DNA from: an uncultured Gammaproteobacteria bacterium
GTDB taxonomy: Bacteria; Patescibacteriota; Microgenomatia; Levybacterales; UBA12049
Length of the DNA: 64,000 nt
Direction: 5' to 3'
Assembly (NCBI GenBank): GCA_965230895.1
Contig: OZ246394.1
Coordinates: 1,249,887-1,313,886 of the forward strand
Positions 47,301-62,300 of this stretch are shown here, in pieces; the first letter of the stretch is position 1; the number at the start of each line of letters is the position of its first letter. The position numbers and the translations under genes were made by a program. The notes beneath the pieces are model-generated. The model searched no databases and was not told the DNA's origin. It saw only the letters and a program-made list of their open reading frames with translations.

Positions 47301-50300
47301 TATTGATACCCAATTGTCCTGTTTGTGTTGTACTAGTACTTCCCATTGCAGGATTAACGATATTCCAGTACAAACCATTGCCAATCGGAGTAATGTTATT
47401 GATACCGAAGTCAGACATAACTGTACCAGTCTTACCTACGACGAGACCCTTGATGTAATGGTTATTGTTTGATCCACCAGTACGAGCACCAAATCCGAAC
47501 TTCGTGTTGTCTGGATTGTACAAGTTACGAGTGTAAACGTCTCGGTAGTTGAGAACTGGTTGACCATCGATACGAACAACGATTTCGTTTCCTCGGATGA
47601 TGATATCTGCTTGCTTAAATTGGTTTGTATCGATAGTACCGTTTGGCAACACAGCTACAGCAAGTGGGTTACCAGCACCGCCACCAGTTGTGCATTGTCG
47701 ACCATCGGTAAATGGTCCGTATGTGATACCGATACAATCGTTACCTGAACCAGCACCGTATTCACTGAAGTAGATGATGTAACCCTGGGTCATGCCAGCA
47801 CCGTATTCAGTTGTAGGAACAGCATTTGCATAACTGTAGAACCAAGTACCATCAGCACCTGTACCACCACCAGCTTTGAAGTTAAATTGGATGTGTTCAT
47901 AAGGAAGCTGGTTGAAGTCCCAGTTGATTGAACCATTCTGGTTGTTTGCATTTGATGTAAGTCGAACTCCGTTACCACCACCGACGTATGATGCATTACC
48001 AGAAAGGGTAGGGACTGGATCTGCCTGGCTTCCAGTTGTTGGATCGTTAACACCGTCCCAGTAAGCGAGTGCAGCATTGGTGATAGCTGTATTAAGTGAT
48101 GCCAAACCGATATTACCTGATCCATCGACACCCAAGATACTTGTGAATGCACCAGTTGCTGTTTGTGCTGTTGTTACCTGACTGATTCTCAAACCTGAAA
48201 CATTGGTTGTACCAGAATTAATCGTAAGTGTGTTATCAAGTGATGTTGGTCCGTGCAATGTAAGTGCACCAGTGTTATTTCCGATTGTTGTTGCTGCAGT
48301 TCCAGTACTGTTGATGAGAGTTGTTCCAGTTACAGTAAGTCCGTTACTTGTTACGATTCCGTCACAAGTGAGGTTACCATTTGCATTGAATACTGTACAT
48401 CCAGTTGTACCAGTTCCACCAGCCAATTCGATGTTTCCAGTTGAAACGTTACCGATTCGGATATTTCCGGTTGTTCCAGCATTAATACTGAGTGGAGTAG
48501 CAGCAGTTGTTACGCCAAGAGCAGGAGCATTTCCAGCAAGCGAAATTGTGTTTGAGTTAATGGTGAATGTTCCTGAACCAAATGTGATTGCTCGGTTATT
48601 TGTTGTGTTAATACCAAGTGTTCCAGTTCCAGAAAGATCAAAGATTGGGTTGTTACCAGTTAAGTTAAATGCAGTAGATGCAAAGTTTGATGTTGCACCG
48701 GATACTGTCAAACCACCATTGATTGTTGTTGTACTTCCAGATGCTCCGATTGAAAGGGTAGAAGCGCCGCCACCAATGTTAAGTGTTGATGTTTGTACTG
48801 TGTTAAACAAGTTTACTGTTGTTCCAGAAGTTGCATACAAGTCACCGCCGTTAACGATCAAGTCGCCAGTCATTGTTGTATTACCAGTTCCAAGGAATGA
48901 GTATGATGGGTTAGTTGAACCGTTACCGAATGAGATGTTTTCTGTACCATTTGTTGTGTTGATGTTAATGTAATTGTTTGCACCTTCCTGGATATCAAGA
49001 GCATCTGTATTGTTATCAACCAAGTTTGCAGTGATATCATTTCCAGCACCATTTGCTGTTAATGTAACAGTTGTTCCAGAAGCAGTGATTGCATCTCCAC
49101 CGTCTCCGATGTTTGCGATACCATTTGCAGTGAGTGTACCAGCAACGGTTAATCCATTATTTACTGTTGTTGTGCCAGTTGCTGCACCGAGTGAGACAGT
49201 TGTAGCAGCTCCGCCGATGTTCAATGTAGTAGCAGTTGTGTTGAACAAGTTCGCTGTTGCTTTTGCAGCAGTTAACGTTGATTGAGTAGTTCCATCGATT
49301 GTCAAACCACTTGATGCTGTTACTGCGCCGGTCAATGTAGAAATACCATCAACAGTTAATGTACCGTTTGCCTGTATGTTTCCAGCGTTACTGATACTCA
49401 CACCAGTTGACCCATAACCTCCGCCAACATTTACTGTATCAAATCCTGCAGTTGCACTTGTTGCTGCAATACTTGTTGCGTTAGGGAAGTTGATTGTTGT
49501 TCCTCGGATATTTCCAGTCGCATTTGTTGCGCCCAAAGTGTATGTTGTTGCAGCTCCACCGATATTCAATGTCGTTGCTCCAGTGTTGAAGAGGGAAGCA
49601 GTACCAGCAGTTGTTGTAAGATCTCCACCATTAAGAGCTGCATCTCCACCACTTGTGATGTCACCATTTGCACCGTTGACTGAGAAGTTTGTACCAGCGA
49701 TATCATTTGCACCAATTGAAAGAGCTGTTCCGATATCTGCATTACTGACATCAAGCGCAGTTGTAACATTGCCACTTGGTGTGCCAACGATTCTCAAAGC
49801 GATTGGCAATGCTCGATCGGTGTCTTGGTTTTGGATCAAAACGAGTTGTGTAGGATCTGCTGTCCCAGCGCCATTTGCCCGTGAGATTTCAATGCCACCT
49901 GTTGAACCAGTTGCCGTTGTAACTGTGAACTTAGAATCAGCAGTAGTGTCAGCAAGAGTGAATGCGATATCTTTGTTGTTTGTTGTTGTGATTGCATTGC
50001 CATTGTCATATGCACTTTGGAGACTTTGTGATGCAGCTGCACAAGTAACAACTTGGTTTGAACCATTTGTACAAAGTCCAGTTCCAGTAGCAGTTGTCAA
50101 ACCATTCAATGTTAAGAATGAATCAGCATCTGAAGTGATAGTAACTCCATTTGTTCCTGATGGTGAGAAGTTAGATTGACCATTTGCTGTGAATGTCTGA
50201 CCTGATGCAACTGTCAAACTACTGTTAAATGTTGCTGTTCCTCCAGCTGCACCGATTGCCATTGTTGTAGCAGCGCCACCGATGTTTACTGTTGTTGCGT

Positions 50301-53300
50301 TTGCATTAACCAAATTGAATGTTCCGGCAGTTGTTGTAATATCACCACCATTTACAGCAACGTCTCCAGTAGCAGTGACATTACCAGTTAATGTTGAAGT
50401 TCCATCGACAGTTAAGGTCCCATTTGCTTGGATATTTCCAGTGTTACTGACACTAACTCCAGTTGATCCGTATCCACCACCGATTGAGAGGGAATCAGCA
50501 TTGAATGCTGCTGTCAAAGCAGAGATTGTTGTTGCATTGTTGAAGTTAATTGTTGTTCCTCGGAGGTTTCCAGTCGCGTTGGTTGCACCGATTGTGTATG
50601 CAGTTGCAGCGCCACCCATGTTCAATGTCGTTGCATTTGTATTGAATACTGTTGCCGTACCAGTTCCTGATGTTGTGATGTCGCTTCCATTGACAGCCAA
50701 GTCACCTGATGTTGTGATATTACCAGTTGATCCAGTGATAGAGAAGTTAGTTGCTGATAAGTTGCTTGCACCAAGAGCGATACCAGTTGTGATACTTGCA
50801 TCAGAGACATCAAGTCCAGTTGTAACGCCACCACCACCAGATGATGTAACCTTCAAACCTGTTGGAACAGCTCGATTTGTGTCAGCATTGTCGATCAAGA
50901 TCAATTGTGCAGGATCTGAAGTGCCAGCACCATTAGCTCGTGAGAATGTAGAGAATCCAGTTGATCCATCAGCAGTTGTAACAGCGAAGTTAGAATCAGT
51001 TGCAGTGTCAGCGAGTGTGAATCCGATGTTTCGAGCATCTGTTGTTGTGATAGTGTTACCGTTGTTGTATGCAGTTTGCAAGTTAAGTGAAGATGCATTA
51101 CATGTACCAACATTATTTGATCCATCAAGACAGAGTGTAGTACCAGCAACTGATTGCAAACCAGTCAAGATCAATGTTGAATCAGCATCAGTTGCGAAAG
51201 TAATATCATTTGTACTATTTGGTGAGAATGAAACTGCACCAGCTGTTGTGAATGTACTGTTGTTTCCGACTGTCAAAGCATTTCGGACAGTTGTTGTACC
51301 TGTTGTTGCACCGAGTGTCATTGTTGTTGCAGCTCCACCAACATTCACTGTTGTTGCGGTTGTATTAAACAAGTTCGCTGTTGTCTTTGATGAGATCAAA
51401 TCTGATGTCGATGCACCATTGATTGTAACTCCATTTGATGCTGTAACTGCACCTGTCAATGTAGAAGTTCCGTCAACTGTGAGGTTGCCATTTGCTTGGA
51501 CATCTCCAGCACTTGAAACTGAAACTCCAGTTGAACCATAACCGCCGCCGATTGCAGTTGATGAGATGTTTAATGCTGCTGAATTTGCAGTGATTGATGT
51601 TGCGTTAGGGAAGTTGATTGTTGTACCTCGGATATTTTGTGTTGCATTGGTTGCACCGGTTGTGATACTTGTTGCTGCACTTCCCATTGTTACTGTTGTT
51701 GCATTTGTATCAAAGAGTGAGCCAGTAGTTGCAGTTGTTGAAAGTGTACCGCCATTAACTGCGACGTTTCCAGCAGTTGTGATGTTACCATTCGCTCCTG
51801 AGATAGAGAAGTTACTTGCTGAGACATCATTTGCACCGAGTGAAAGTGCTGTAACGATAGATGCATCTGAGAGATCAAGTGCAGTTGTTACACCAGCGCC
51901 ACCAGTTGATCCGATCTTGAGTCCTGTTGGCAAGATTCGATCAGCATCAGCATTGTCGATCAAGACGAGTTGTGATGGATCAGCAGATCCTGCGCCATTT
52001 GCTCTTGCGAAGACTGTTCCGCCAGTTGAACCATCAGCAGTTGTGATGTTGAAGTTAGCATCAGTTGCAGTGTCAGCCAATGTGAATCCGATGTTTCTGT
52101 TATTTGTTGTAGTGATTGTATTTCCATTGTCATAAGCAGCTTGCAAACTTGCATTTGCTGTCAAATCACATTTAACAACTTGATTTGAACCGTTAACACA
52201 AAGTGTTGGTTGTGCACCTGATGCTGTTGTCAAACCACTGATTGTTAAGAATGAATCAGAATCTGTTGCGATTGTTACACCATTTGTACTGTTAGGGGAG
52301 AATGATACTGCGCCAGTTGTTGTGAGCGCACTATTGTTAGCAACAGTCAAAGCATTTCGGACAGTTGTTGTACCAGTAGTTGCACCGAGTGAAACAGTAG
52401 TTGCTGCGTTACCAATATTCAATGTCGTTGCGTTTGTATTGAATAATGTTGCTGTTGCGAATGTTGTTGTAAGGTCTCCACCATTAAGAGCCAAGTCACC
52501 ACTTGAAGTGATGTTACCAGTCAATGTTGATGCTCCGTCAACTGTCAATGTACCATTTGCTTGGATGTTGCCAGCGTTACTGACACTAACTCCAGTTGAT
52601 CCATATCCGCCACCGATTGTTGCTGCATCGATTGTGAGAGTTGCGCCACTTGCATTCAATGCTGTTGCATTTGGAAGACTGACAGTTTGATTATTAATTG
52701 TTGCTGTACCACTTGCTCCACCGATGTTCAATGTTGTAGCAGCTCCAGCGAAGTTAACAGTCGTTGCAGTTGCATCAACCAAGTTGAATGTTGTCTGGTT
52801 TGTTGAGATAGTTCCACCATTTGCAGCGATTGAACCATTAGTTGAAAGGTTACCGTTACTACCAGTGAGTGAGAAGTTGGTTGCTGTGATGTCATTTGCG
52901 CCAAGTGAAAGTGCATTGACGATTTCAGCATCTGAGAGATCAAGTGCGTTTGTGATTCCACCAGCTGCAGCTTGGACTTTAATACCTGCTGCAACTGCTC
53001 GGTTTGTATCCAAGTTATCAACCAAGATCAATTGGTTTGGATCTGCAGTTCCAGCGCCATTTGCTCGAGTGAATGCTGAGTAACCAGTTGATCCATCAGC
53101 TGTTGTGATAGTGAAGTTACTATCAGTTGTTGTGTCAGCAAGTGTAAATCCGATGTCTCGTGCATCAGTTGTAGCAATTGTGTTTCCAGCATTATATGCA
53201 GCTTGGAGAGAGAATGATGCAGCTGAACATGTACCAACGTTATTTGATCCATCAACACAGAGAGTTGATCCGGCAACTGATTGCAAACCAGTTAATACCA

Positions 53301-56300
53301 ATGTTGAATCAGCATCAGTATTGATTGTGATATCACTTGTACTTGCTGGAGTAAATGATACTGCACCAGTTGAAGTGAGTGAACTGTTGTTACCGATTGA
53401 AAGGTTGTTGTTAACAGTTGTCGTACCAGTTGCTGCGCCGAGTGAAACAGTAGTCGCAGCACCACCAACATTCAATGTTGTTGCTCCTGTGTTGAATAGT
53501 GTTGCAGTACCAGATGTTGTCGTAAGATCTCCACCGTTCAATGCGATGTCTCCAGTTGCAGTAACATTTCCAGTTAATGTGGAAGTGCCATCAACAGTTA
53601 ATGTACCGTTTGCTTGAATGTTACCAGCATTACTGATTGTTGCACCAGTAGAACCGTATCCACCGCCGATTGCAACACTATCAAATGTAGCAGCAGCTTG
53701 TGGAGCAGTGAATGATGTAGCGTTAGCAAAGTTAATTGTTGCGTTTCTGATGTTAGCTGTACCAGTTGTTGCACCGATATTTAATGTCGTTGCAGCACCA
53801 CCAACATTAAGTGTTGTTGCTGTTGTATTGAAGAGGGAAGCAGTTGTTTGATTAGTTGTAAGATCGCCACCATTAACTGCGATATCACCAGCAGTTGTGA
53901 TGTTTCCATTTGAACCAGTGATTGAGAAGTTCGTTGCACTGACATCATTTGCACCGAGTGAGAGAGCGTTAACGATTGATGCATCTGAAAGGTCAAGTGC
54001 AGTTGTCACACCAGCTCCACCAGATGATCCGATTTTCAAACCAACTGGCAAGATTCGATCTGCATCCAAGTTATCGATCAAGACTAATTGTGTTGGATCA
54101 TTTGTACCAGCACCATTTGCTCGAGCAAATACTGAGTAACTTGATGAATTATCAGCTGTTGTTACTGAGAAGTTAGAATCAGTAGCTGTATCAGCCAAAG
54201 TGAATGAGATGTCTCGGTTGTTTGTTGTTGTGATAGTGTTTCCATTGTTGTATGCAGCTTGCAAACCTTGTGACGCTGAGTTACATGTACCAACGTTATT
54301 TGAACCATCGATACAAAGTGCTGTTCCTGTAAGTGACTGCAAACCAGTCAATACCAAAGTTGAATCAGCATCAGTATTGATTGTTACATCGTTTGTACTG
54401 TTAGGGGAGAATGATACTGCACCAGCGGTTGTGAATGTACTGTTGTTTCCAACAGTCAAAGCGTTTCGAACTGTTGTTGTACCAGTTGTTGCACCGAGAT
54501 TAAGAGCTGTAGCAGCACCACCAACATTCAATGTTGTTGCTGTAGTGTTAAACAAGTTCGCTGTTGTTTGTGTTGTGTTGATTGTTCCTGAGTTAGCATT
54601 GATGTTGCCAGTTGCAGTTAATGTACCAGAAACAGTTGCTGCGCCATCAACCCCGAGATTACCATTCATATTGATGTCTCCAGCATTTGTGATTGTTGTA
54701 CCACTTGAACCATAACCGCCACCGATTTGGATACTGTCAAATGTTGCTGCAGCTTGAGGAGCAGTGAATGAAGTTGCATTAGCAAAGTTGATTGTCGCGT
54801 TTCTGATGTTTGCAGTACCAGTAGTTGCTCCGATATTTAATGTGGTAGCAGCGCCACCGACGTTCAATGTCGTTGCATTTGTATTGAACAAGTTAGCTGT
54901 TGTTTGGTTTGTATTGATTGTTCCGGAATTAGCATTGATATTTCCTGAGAATGTACTTGCGCCAGTTCCGAGGAATGAGAATGTTGGATTAGTTATGGTG
55001 TTACCGAATGCAAGATTCTCAGCACCATTTGTTGTGTTCAAGTTAATGTAGTTATTTGAACCTTCCTGGATATCAAGAGCGTTTGCATTACCATCAACAA
55101 CATTTGCAACCAAGTTGTTATTCAATGTTGTTATGCCAGTTCCAGCACCAAGTGCAACTGTTGTAGCAGCACCACCGATGTTGAGTGTCGTAGCAGTTCC
55201 ATTGATCAAGTTAAATGTTCCAGCAGTTGTTGTAAGGTCGCCACCATTCACTGCGATGTCGCTTGCAGCAGTTACATTACCAGTTAATGTTGAAGTACTA
55301 TCAACTGTCAAAGTTCCGTTTGTTTGGATATTTCCAGCATTACTGACTGTCATACCAGTTGAACCGTAACCGCCGCCGACATTTAATGTGTCGATGTTTG
55401 CAGTAGCACCAGTTGCATTGATTACAGTTGCATTTGGAAGTGAGATTGTCGCATTGTTGATTGTTGCTGTTCCAGTGTTTGCACCCAAGTTCAATGTAGT
55501 AGCAGCGCCACCAATATTCAAAGTAGTAGCAGTTCCATTGAAGAGGGAAGCAGTGGTTTGATTTGTTGTAAGATCTCCACCATTAACTGCAACGTCTGCT
55601 GCTGTTGTAACATTACCTGTCAAAGTTGAAGTACCATCGATTGTTAATGTTCCGTTTGCTTGGATATTTCCTGTACTGCCAAGTGTTACACCAGTTGAGC
55701 CGTATCCGCCGCCAGCGTTAACAACATCAAATCCAGCTGTTGCTGAAGTACCATCAATTGTTGTCGCGTTAGGGAAGTTGATTGTTGTTCCTCGGATGTT
55801 ACCAGTTGCTCCAGTTCCACCGATTGTGTATGTGTTTGCAGCGCCGCCGATATTCAATGTCGTAACTCCAGAGTTAAGGAGATTGAATGTTGTTGCACTT
55901 GATGTTACGTCACCACCATTTACTGCAACGTCACCAGCAGTAGTGATGTTACCAGTTGCTCCGATAGTTCCTGAAGTTGAAACATTACCATTAGAACCGG
56001 TTACTGAGAAATTAGTACCAGTGATATCATTTGCACCGAATGAAAGAGCAGTACCGATTTCAGCATCTGATACATCAAGTGCTGTCGTGATGCCACCAGC
56101 AGCTGATTGGATCTTAATACCTGCTGGGACAGCTTCATTTGTATCCAAGTTCTCAACCATTACGAGTTGTGCTGGTGGAGTTGTGTTTGTGCCGTTAGCC
56201 AAACCGAAGTATGAATAGCCAGTTGATCCTGCAGCTGTTGTAACAGTGAAGTTAGAATCAGTTGATGTGTTAGCCAAGTTGAATGCGATGTCTCGTGCGT

Positions 56301-59300
56301 CTGTTGTTGTGATTGTGTTACCACCAGCATATGCGTTTTGGAGACTGAGTGTTGCATTTGCACATTGGACAACATTGTTTCCTCCGTCGAGACAGAGTGG
56401 AGTACCGGTTGTTGTTCCCAAACCATTCAAGATTATTGTTGAATCAGTATCAGTTGTGAAGGTTATGTCATTTGTACTGTCTGGAGCAAATGTACTTGCA
56501 CCATTTGCTGTGAATGATTGACCAGTTGCGACAGTTGCTCCAGCATTGAATGTTGCCAAGCCAGTTGCAGTTGTTGTTCCGTCGATCAAAAGGTCATTCT
56601 TAATGTTTGTTGTACCAGTTGCAGCACCCAAGTTAAGAGCAGTAGCAGCGCCGCCAACATTCAATGTTGTAACGCCAGTGTTCAAGAGATTAAATGTGCC
56701 AGCAGATGAAGTTAAGTCTCCACCGTTAATTGCGACATCACCAGTTGCAGTTACATTTCCGGTTAATGTAGAAGTGCCATCGATTGTTAAGTTGCCATTT
56801 GCTTGGATGTTTCCAGCATTAGAGAGAGTTGCTCCAGTTGATCCATATCCACCACCAACGTTCAATGTATCAAATCCAGCAGTTGCTGAAGTTCCATCGA
56901 TAGTTGTTGCATTAGGGAAGTTGATAGTTGTTCCTCGGATGTTTCCAGTTGCTGATGTTGCACCCAAAGTGTATGTCGTTGCAGCGCCACCGATGTTAAG
57001 CGTTGTAGCATTTGTATTGAACAAGTTAGCTGTTGTTTGGTTTGTAGCCAATGTTCCAGAATTTGCATTGATGTTGCCAGTTGCTGTAATTGTCCCTGAT
57101 GTTGTGATGTTTCCGTTACTGCCAGTGATAGAGAAGTTCGTAGCAGTGACATCATTTGCACCGAGTGATAATGCATTAACAATTTCAGGATCTGAGAGAT
57201 CAAGGGCATTTGTGATACCACCAGCAGCTGATTGGATTCGGATTCCAGCAGCGACAGCTCGATCTGTATCCAAGTTATCAACCAAGATCAATTGTGCAGG
57301 GTCTGAAGTTCCAGCGCCATTTGCTCGTGCGAAGATACTTGTACCAGTTGAACCATCAGCTGTTGTAACTGTGAAGTTAGAATCAGTTGCAGTATTTGTC
57401 AATGTGAATGCGATGTCTCGAGCATCTGTTGTGTCGATTGTATTGCCACCAACATATGCATTTTGGAGATTAAGTGTTGCATTTGCACATTGGACAACAT
57501 TATTTGATCCGTCGAGACAAAGTGCTGTACCAGATGCTGTTCCAAGTCCAGTTAAGATGAATGTTGAATCAGCATCAGTTGCAAAGGTAATGTCATTTGT
57601 ACCGTTTGGTGTGAATGTACTTGTACCGTTTGCTGTCAATGTTTGGCCTGATGGGATAGTTGCGCCACCATTGAATGTTGCCAAACCAGTTGCAGTCAAA
57701 GCATTATTGACTGTTGTTGTTCCAGAACCAGCACCAAGTGAAACAGTTGTTGCAGCGCCACCGATATTCAAAGTAGTAGCAGTTCCGTTAAAGAGGGAAG
57801 CAGTTGTTTGGTTGGTTGTAAGATCTCCACCATTGACCGCTACGTCTGCACCAGCTGTTACATTTCCTGTAAGTGTTGAAACTCCATCGATTGTCAAAGT
57901 TCCATTTGCTTGGATGTTTCCAGTATTTGAAAGGGTAGTGCCAGTTGAACCGTATCCGCCACCGATTTGAATACTATCAAATGTTGCAGCAGCTTGAGGA
58001 GCAGTGAATGACGTAGCGTTAGCAAAATTGATAGTAGCGTTTCGGATGTTTGCAGTACCAGTAGTTGCACCAAGTGTGAGTGAAGTAGCAGCGCCACCAA
58101 TATTCAATGTTGTAGCAGTTGTATTGAACAAGTTACCAGTTGTCTGTGATGTAGCAATTGTTCCTGAATTAGCATTGATGTTGCCAGTGAATGTGCTCGC
58201 ACCAGTTCCTAAGAATGAGTAAGTTGGATTGGTTGTTGTGTTACCGAATGAGATGTTTTCAGCACCGTCAGTTGTGTTGACGTTAATGTAATTGTTTGTA
58301 CCTTGTTGGATATCAAGAGCATTTGCATTGTTATCAACCATGTTGACGTTCAAGTTGTTATTCAATGTCGTTGTACCTGTACCAGCACCGATGTTTACAT
58401 CTGTAGCAGCGCCACCAACGTTAAGTGTTGTAGCATTTGTGTTTGCGATGTTCATTGTACTTGCGCTTGTTGTGATGTCGCCACCATTTACAGCAACATC
58501 ACCAGCAGCTGTTACATTGCCAGTTAGTGTAGAAGTACCATCAATTGTGAGATCTCCGTTTGCTGAGATGTTTCCATTGTTTGCGATAGTAGCACCAGTT
58601 GATCCATAACCTCCACCGACATTCACTGCATCAACATTTGCAGTAGCTCCAGTTGCATTGATTGCAGTTGCATTTGGAAGTGAGAGCGTAGCATTGTTAA
58701 TTGTTGCTGTACCACTGTTTGCACCGATGTTCACAGTTGTAGCAGCTCCACCAACGTTCAATGTTGTAGCATTTGCATTGAAGACATTTGCAGTTCCAGC
58801 AGTTGTTGTAAGTGAACCGCCGTTAACTGCAACGTTTCCAGCAGTTGTGATGTTTCCGTTACTACCAGTGATAGAGAAGTTAGTCGCAGTTACATCATTT
58901 GCTCCGAGAGATAATGCGTTAACGATTTCAGGATCTGAAAGATCAAGAGCATTCGTGATTCCACCAGCTGCAGCTTGGATCTTGATGCCAGCAGCAACAG
59001 CTCGGTCTGTGTCCAAGTTATCAACCAAGATCAATTGTGCAGGGTCTGAAGTTCCAGCGCCATTTGCTCGAGTGAATGTTGAGTAGCCAGTTGAACCATC
59101 AGCTGTTGTAACTGAGAAATTACTGTCAGTTGTTGTGTTAGCCAACGTGAATGCGATGTCTCGAGCATCTGTTGTATTGATTGTATTTCCACCATTGTAT
59201 GCAGATTGCAATGTTGTTGTGTTCGCTGAACACTTTGTAACGTTGTTACTACCATCAACACAGAGTTGTGAACCAGCTGTTACTGGGGTTGTAAGGCCTG

Positions 59301-62300
59301 AGATGTTCAAGAATGAATCAGTATCAGTTGTGATGTTGATGTCATTAGTGCCATCAGGTGAGAAGTTAGATTGGCCATTTGCATTGAATGTTTGACCAGT
59401 TGCGACAGTTGCACCAGCATTTGCAGTGATCAAGCCAGTAGCAGTCAGCGCATTGTTAACAGTTGTTGTGCCAGTACTTGCACCGAGTGAAACAGTTGTT
59501 GCAGCGTTACCGATATTCAATGTAGTTGCAGTTGCATTGAAGAGGGAAGCAGTTGTTTGGTTTGTAGTGATGTCTCCGCCATTAACTGCGATGTCTCCAC
59601 CTGCTGTTACATTACCAGTTAATGTTGATATACCATCAACAGTTAGTGTACCGTTTGCTTGGATGTTTCCAGTGTTACTGATTGAGACTCCAGTTGAACC
59701 GTATCCACCGCCGATTGCTGTTGATGCAAATGTCGCAGCAGCATTTGGAGCAGTGAATGATGTAGCATTACCGAAGTTAACTGTTGCATTGTTGATGTTT
59801 GCAGTACCAGTAGTTGCACCGATATTTACTGATGTAGCAGCACCTCCAACGTTCAATGTTGTTGCATTTGCATTGAAGACATTTGCAGTTCCAGCAGTTG
59901 TTGTAAGTGAACCACCGTTAACTGCAACGTTTCCTGCTGTTGTGATGTTACCATTTGAACCATCGATAGAGAAGTTAGTAGCAGTGACATTATTTGCACC
60001 GAGTGAGAGCGCATTCACGATTTCAGCGTCAGAGAGATCGATTGCATTGGTGATTGTTCCAGCAGCTGATTGGATCTTAAGACCTGCTGCGAGTGTTTCA
60101 TTTGCGTCATTATTTTCGATCAAGACCAATTGTCCAGCAGGAGCAGCATTTGAGCCATCAGCCAAACCGAAGTATGAATAGCCAGTTGATCCAGCTGCTG
60201 TTGTGACTGTGAAGTTAGCATCAGTTGTTGTGTTATCAAGTGTGAAGTCGATATCTCGGCCATCAGTTGTAACGATTTCATTGCCACCATCATATGCACC
60301 TTGCAACGTAACTGCTGCAGTTGAACAGATAACGATGTTGTTACTACCATCAATACAAATGTTATCTCCAGCAGCAGTTGTAAGACCTGAAACATTCAAG
60401 AATGAATCAGCATCAGTTGTGATGTTGATGTCATTTGTCCCGTCAGGAGAGAATGTTGATTGACCATTTGCTGAGAATGTCTGACCAGTCGCAACAGTTG
60501 CACCAGCATTAAATGTTGCGAGACCAGTTGATGTTGTTGTTCCATCGATAAGCAAATTGTTGTTAACATTTGTAGTTCCAGAACCAGCACCGATGTTAAC
60601 TGAAGTACCAGCACCAGCGATGTTAACTGTAGTTGCAGTTGCATTGAAGAGGGAAGCAGTTGTCTGACTTGTTGTGATGTCGCCTCCGTTAACTGCGAGA
60701 TCAGCACCAGCAGTGACGTTTCCAGTCAATGTTGAAGTACCATCAACAGTTAATGTGCCGTTTGCTTGGATGTTTCCACCATTTGAAAGGGTAGTACCAG
60801 TTGAACCATAACCGCCACCAATTTGGATTGAATCAAATGTAGCAGCAGCTTGAGGAGCAGTAAATGATGTTGCATTCGCAAAGTTGATTGTTGCATTTCG
60901 GATGTTAGCTGTACCAGTTGTTGCGCCGATATTAAGAGTTGCAGCAGCACCACCAACATTAAGCGTAGTAGCAGTTGTGTTGAACAAGTTACCAGTTGTT
61001 TGTGTTGTAGCCAATGTTCCAGAGTTAGCATTGATGTTTCCAGTAGCAGTGATAGTTCCACCAGTTGAAACGTTTCCGTTAGAACCGGTTACTGAGAAGT
61101 TAGTTCCAGTGATATCATTTGCACCGAATGAGAGAGCAGTACCAATTTCAGCATCACTTACATCAAGCGCTGTTGTGATACCGCCAGCAGCTGATTGGAT
61201 TCGGATTCCAGCTGCGATTGCTTCATTGGTATCGTTATTTTCAATCAATACCAATTGATTTGCAGGAGCAGCATTTGAGCCATCAGCCAAACCGAAGTAT
61301 GAGTATCCAGTTGAACCAGCAGCTGTAGTAACAGTGAAGTTACTGTCAGTAGCTGTATCAGCCAAAGTAAATCCGATGTTTCGGTTGTTTGTTGTTGTGA
61401 TAGTGTTTCCAGCATCGTATGCAGATTGCAATGTTCCAGCAGTTGTTGTACAAACAACGACATTGTTACTGCCATCGAGACAGAGGTTATCGCCAGTACC
61501 AGTTCCCAAACCGTTCAATGTGAAGAATGAATCAGCATCAGTGTTGAATGTTATACCGTTTGTGCTGTCAGGGGAGAAGGTTGACTGGCCGTTTGCTGTG
61601 AATGTTTCGCCAGTTGCGACAGTTGCGCCGCCATTAAGTGTAGCCAAATCATCAACTGTCAAAGCGTTGTTCACTGTTGTTGTTCCTGATCCAGCACCGA
61701 TATTAACTGAAGTTGCAGCTCCGGCTACATTTACTGTTGTAGCATTTGTATTAAAGACATTTGCAGTTCCAGCTGTTGTTGTAACATCTCCACCATTTAC
61801 AGCGACATCACCAGCAGTTGTAACATCTCCAGTTAATGTAGAAGTACCATCAACTGTGAGGTTGCCATTTGCTTGGATGTTACCAGTGTTACTGATACTA
61901 ACTCCAGTTGAACCGTAACCGCCACCGATTGTTGTACTATCAAGTGATGCAGCTGCGAGACTTGCATCTATTGTTGTAGCGTTAGGGAAGTTGATAGTTG
62001 TTCCTCGGATAGTTCCAGTTGCTGAAGTTCCGCCGATTGTGTAAGCAGTGGTTGCGCCACCAACATTGAGTGTCGTTACTCCAGTGTTGAGGAGATTGAA
62101 TGTACCAGCAGAGGATGTTAAGTCACCACCGTTTACAGCAATGTCACCAGTAGTTGTTACGTTGCCAGTTAATGTTGAAGTTCCATCGATAACCAAATTA
62201 CCATTTGCTGAGATGTTACCGTTATTTGCAAGTGTTGTACCAGTAGAACCATAACCGCCACCAACTGCGATTGAATCAAATGTCGCAGCTGCATTTGGAG

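Noticed and set aside
47430-48070. Diversity-generating retroelement target
   Set aside because: No reverse transcriptase and no adenine-variant TR/VR pair seen; the domain looks L-type rather than C-type lectin.
44311-48100. Prophage, suggested by tail-fibre chaperone and cement-like domains
   Set aside because: No integrase, terminase, capsid, portal or lysis genes in the window; sequence beyond the right edge is unseen.
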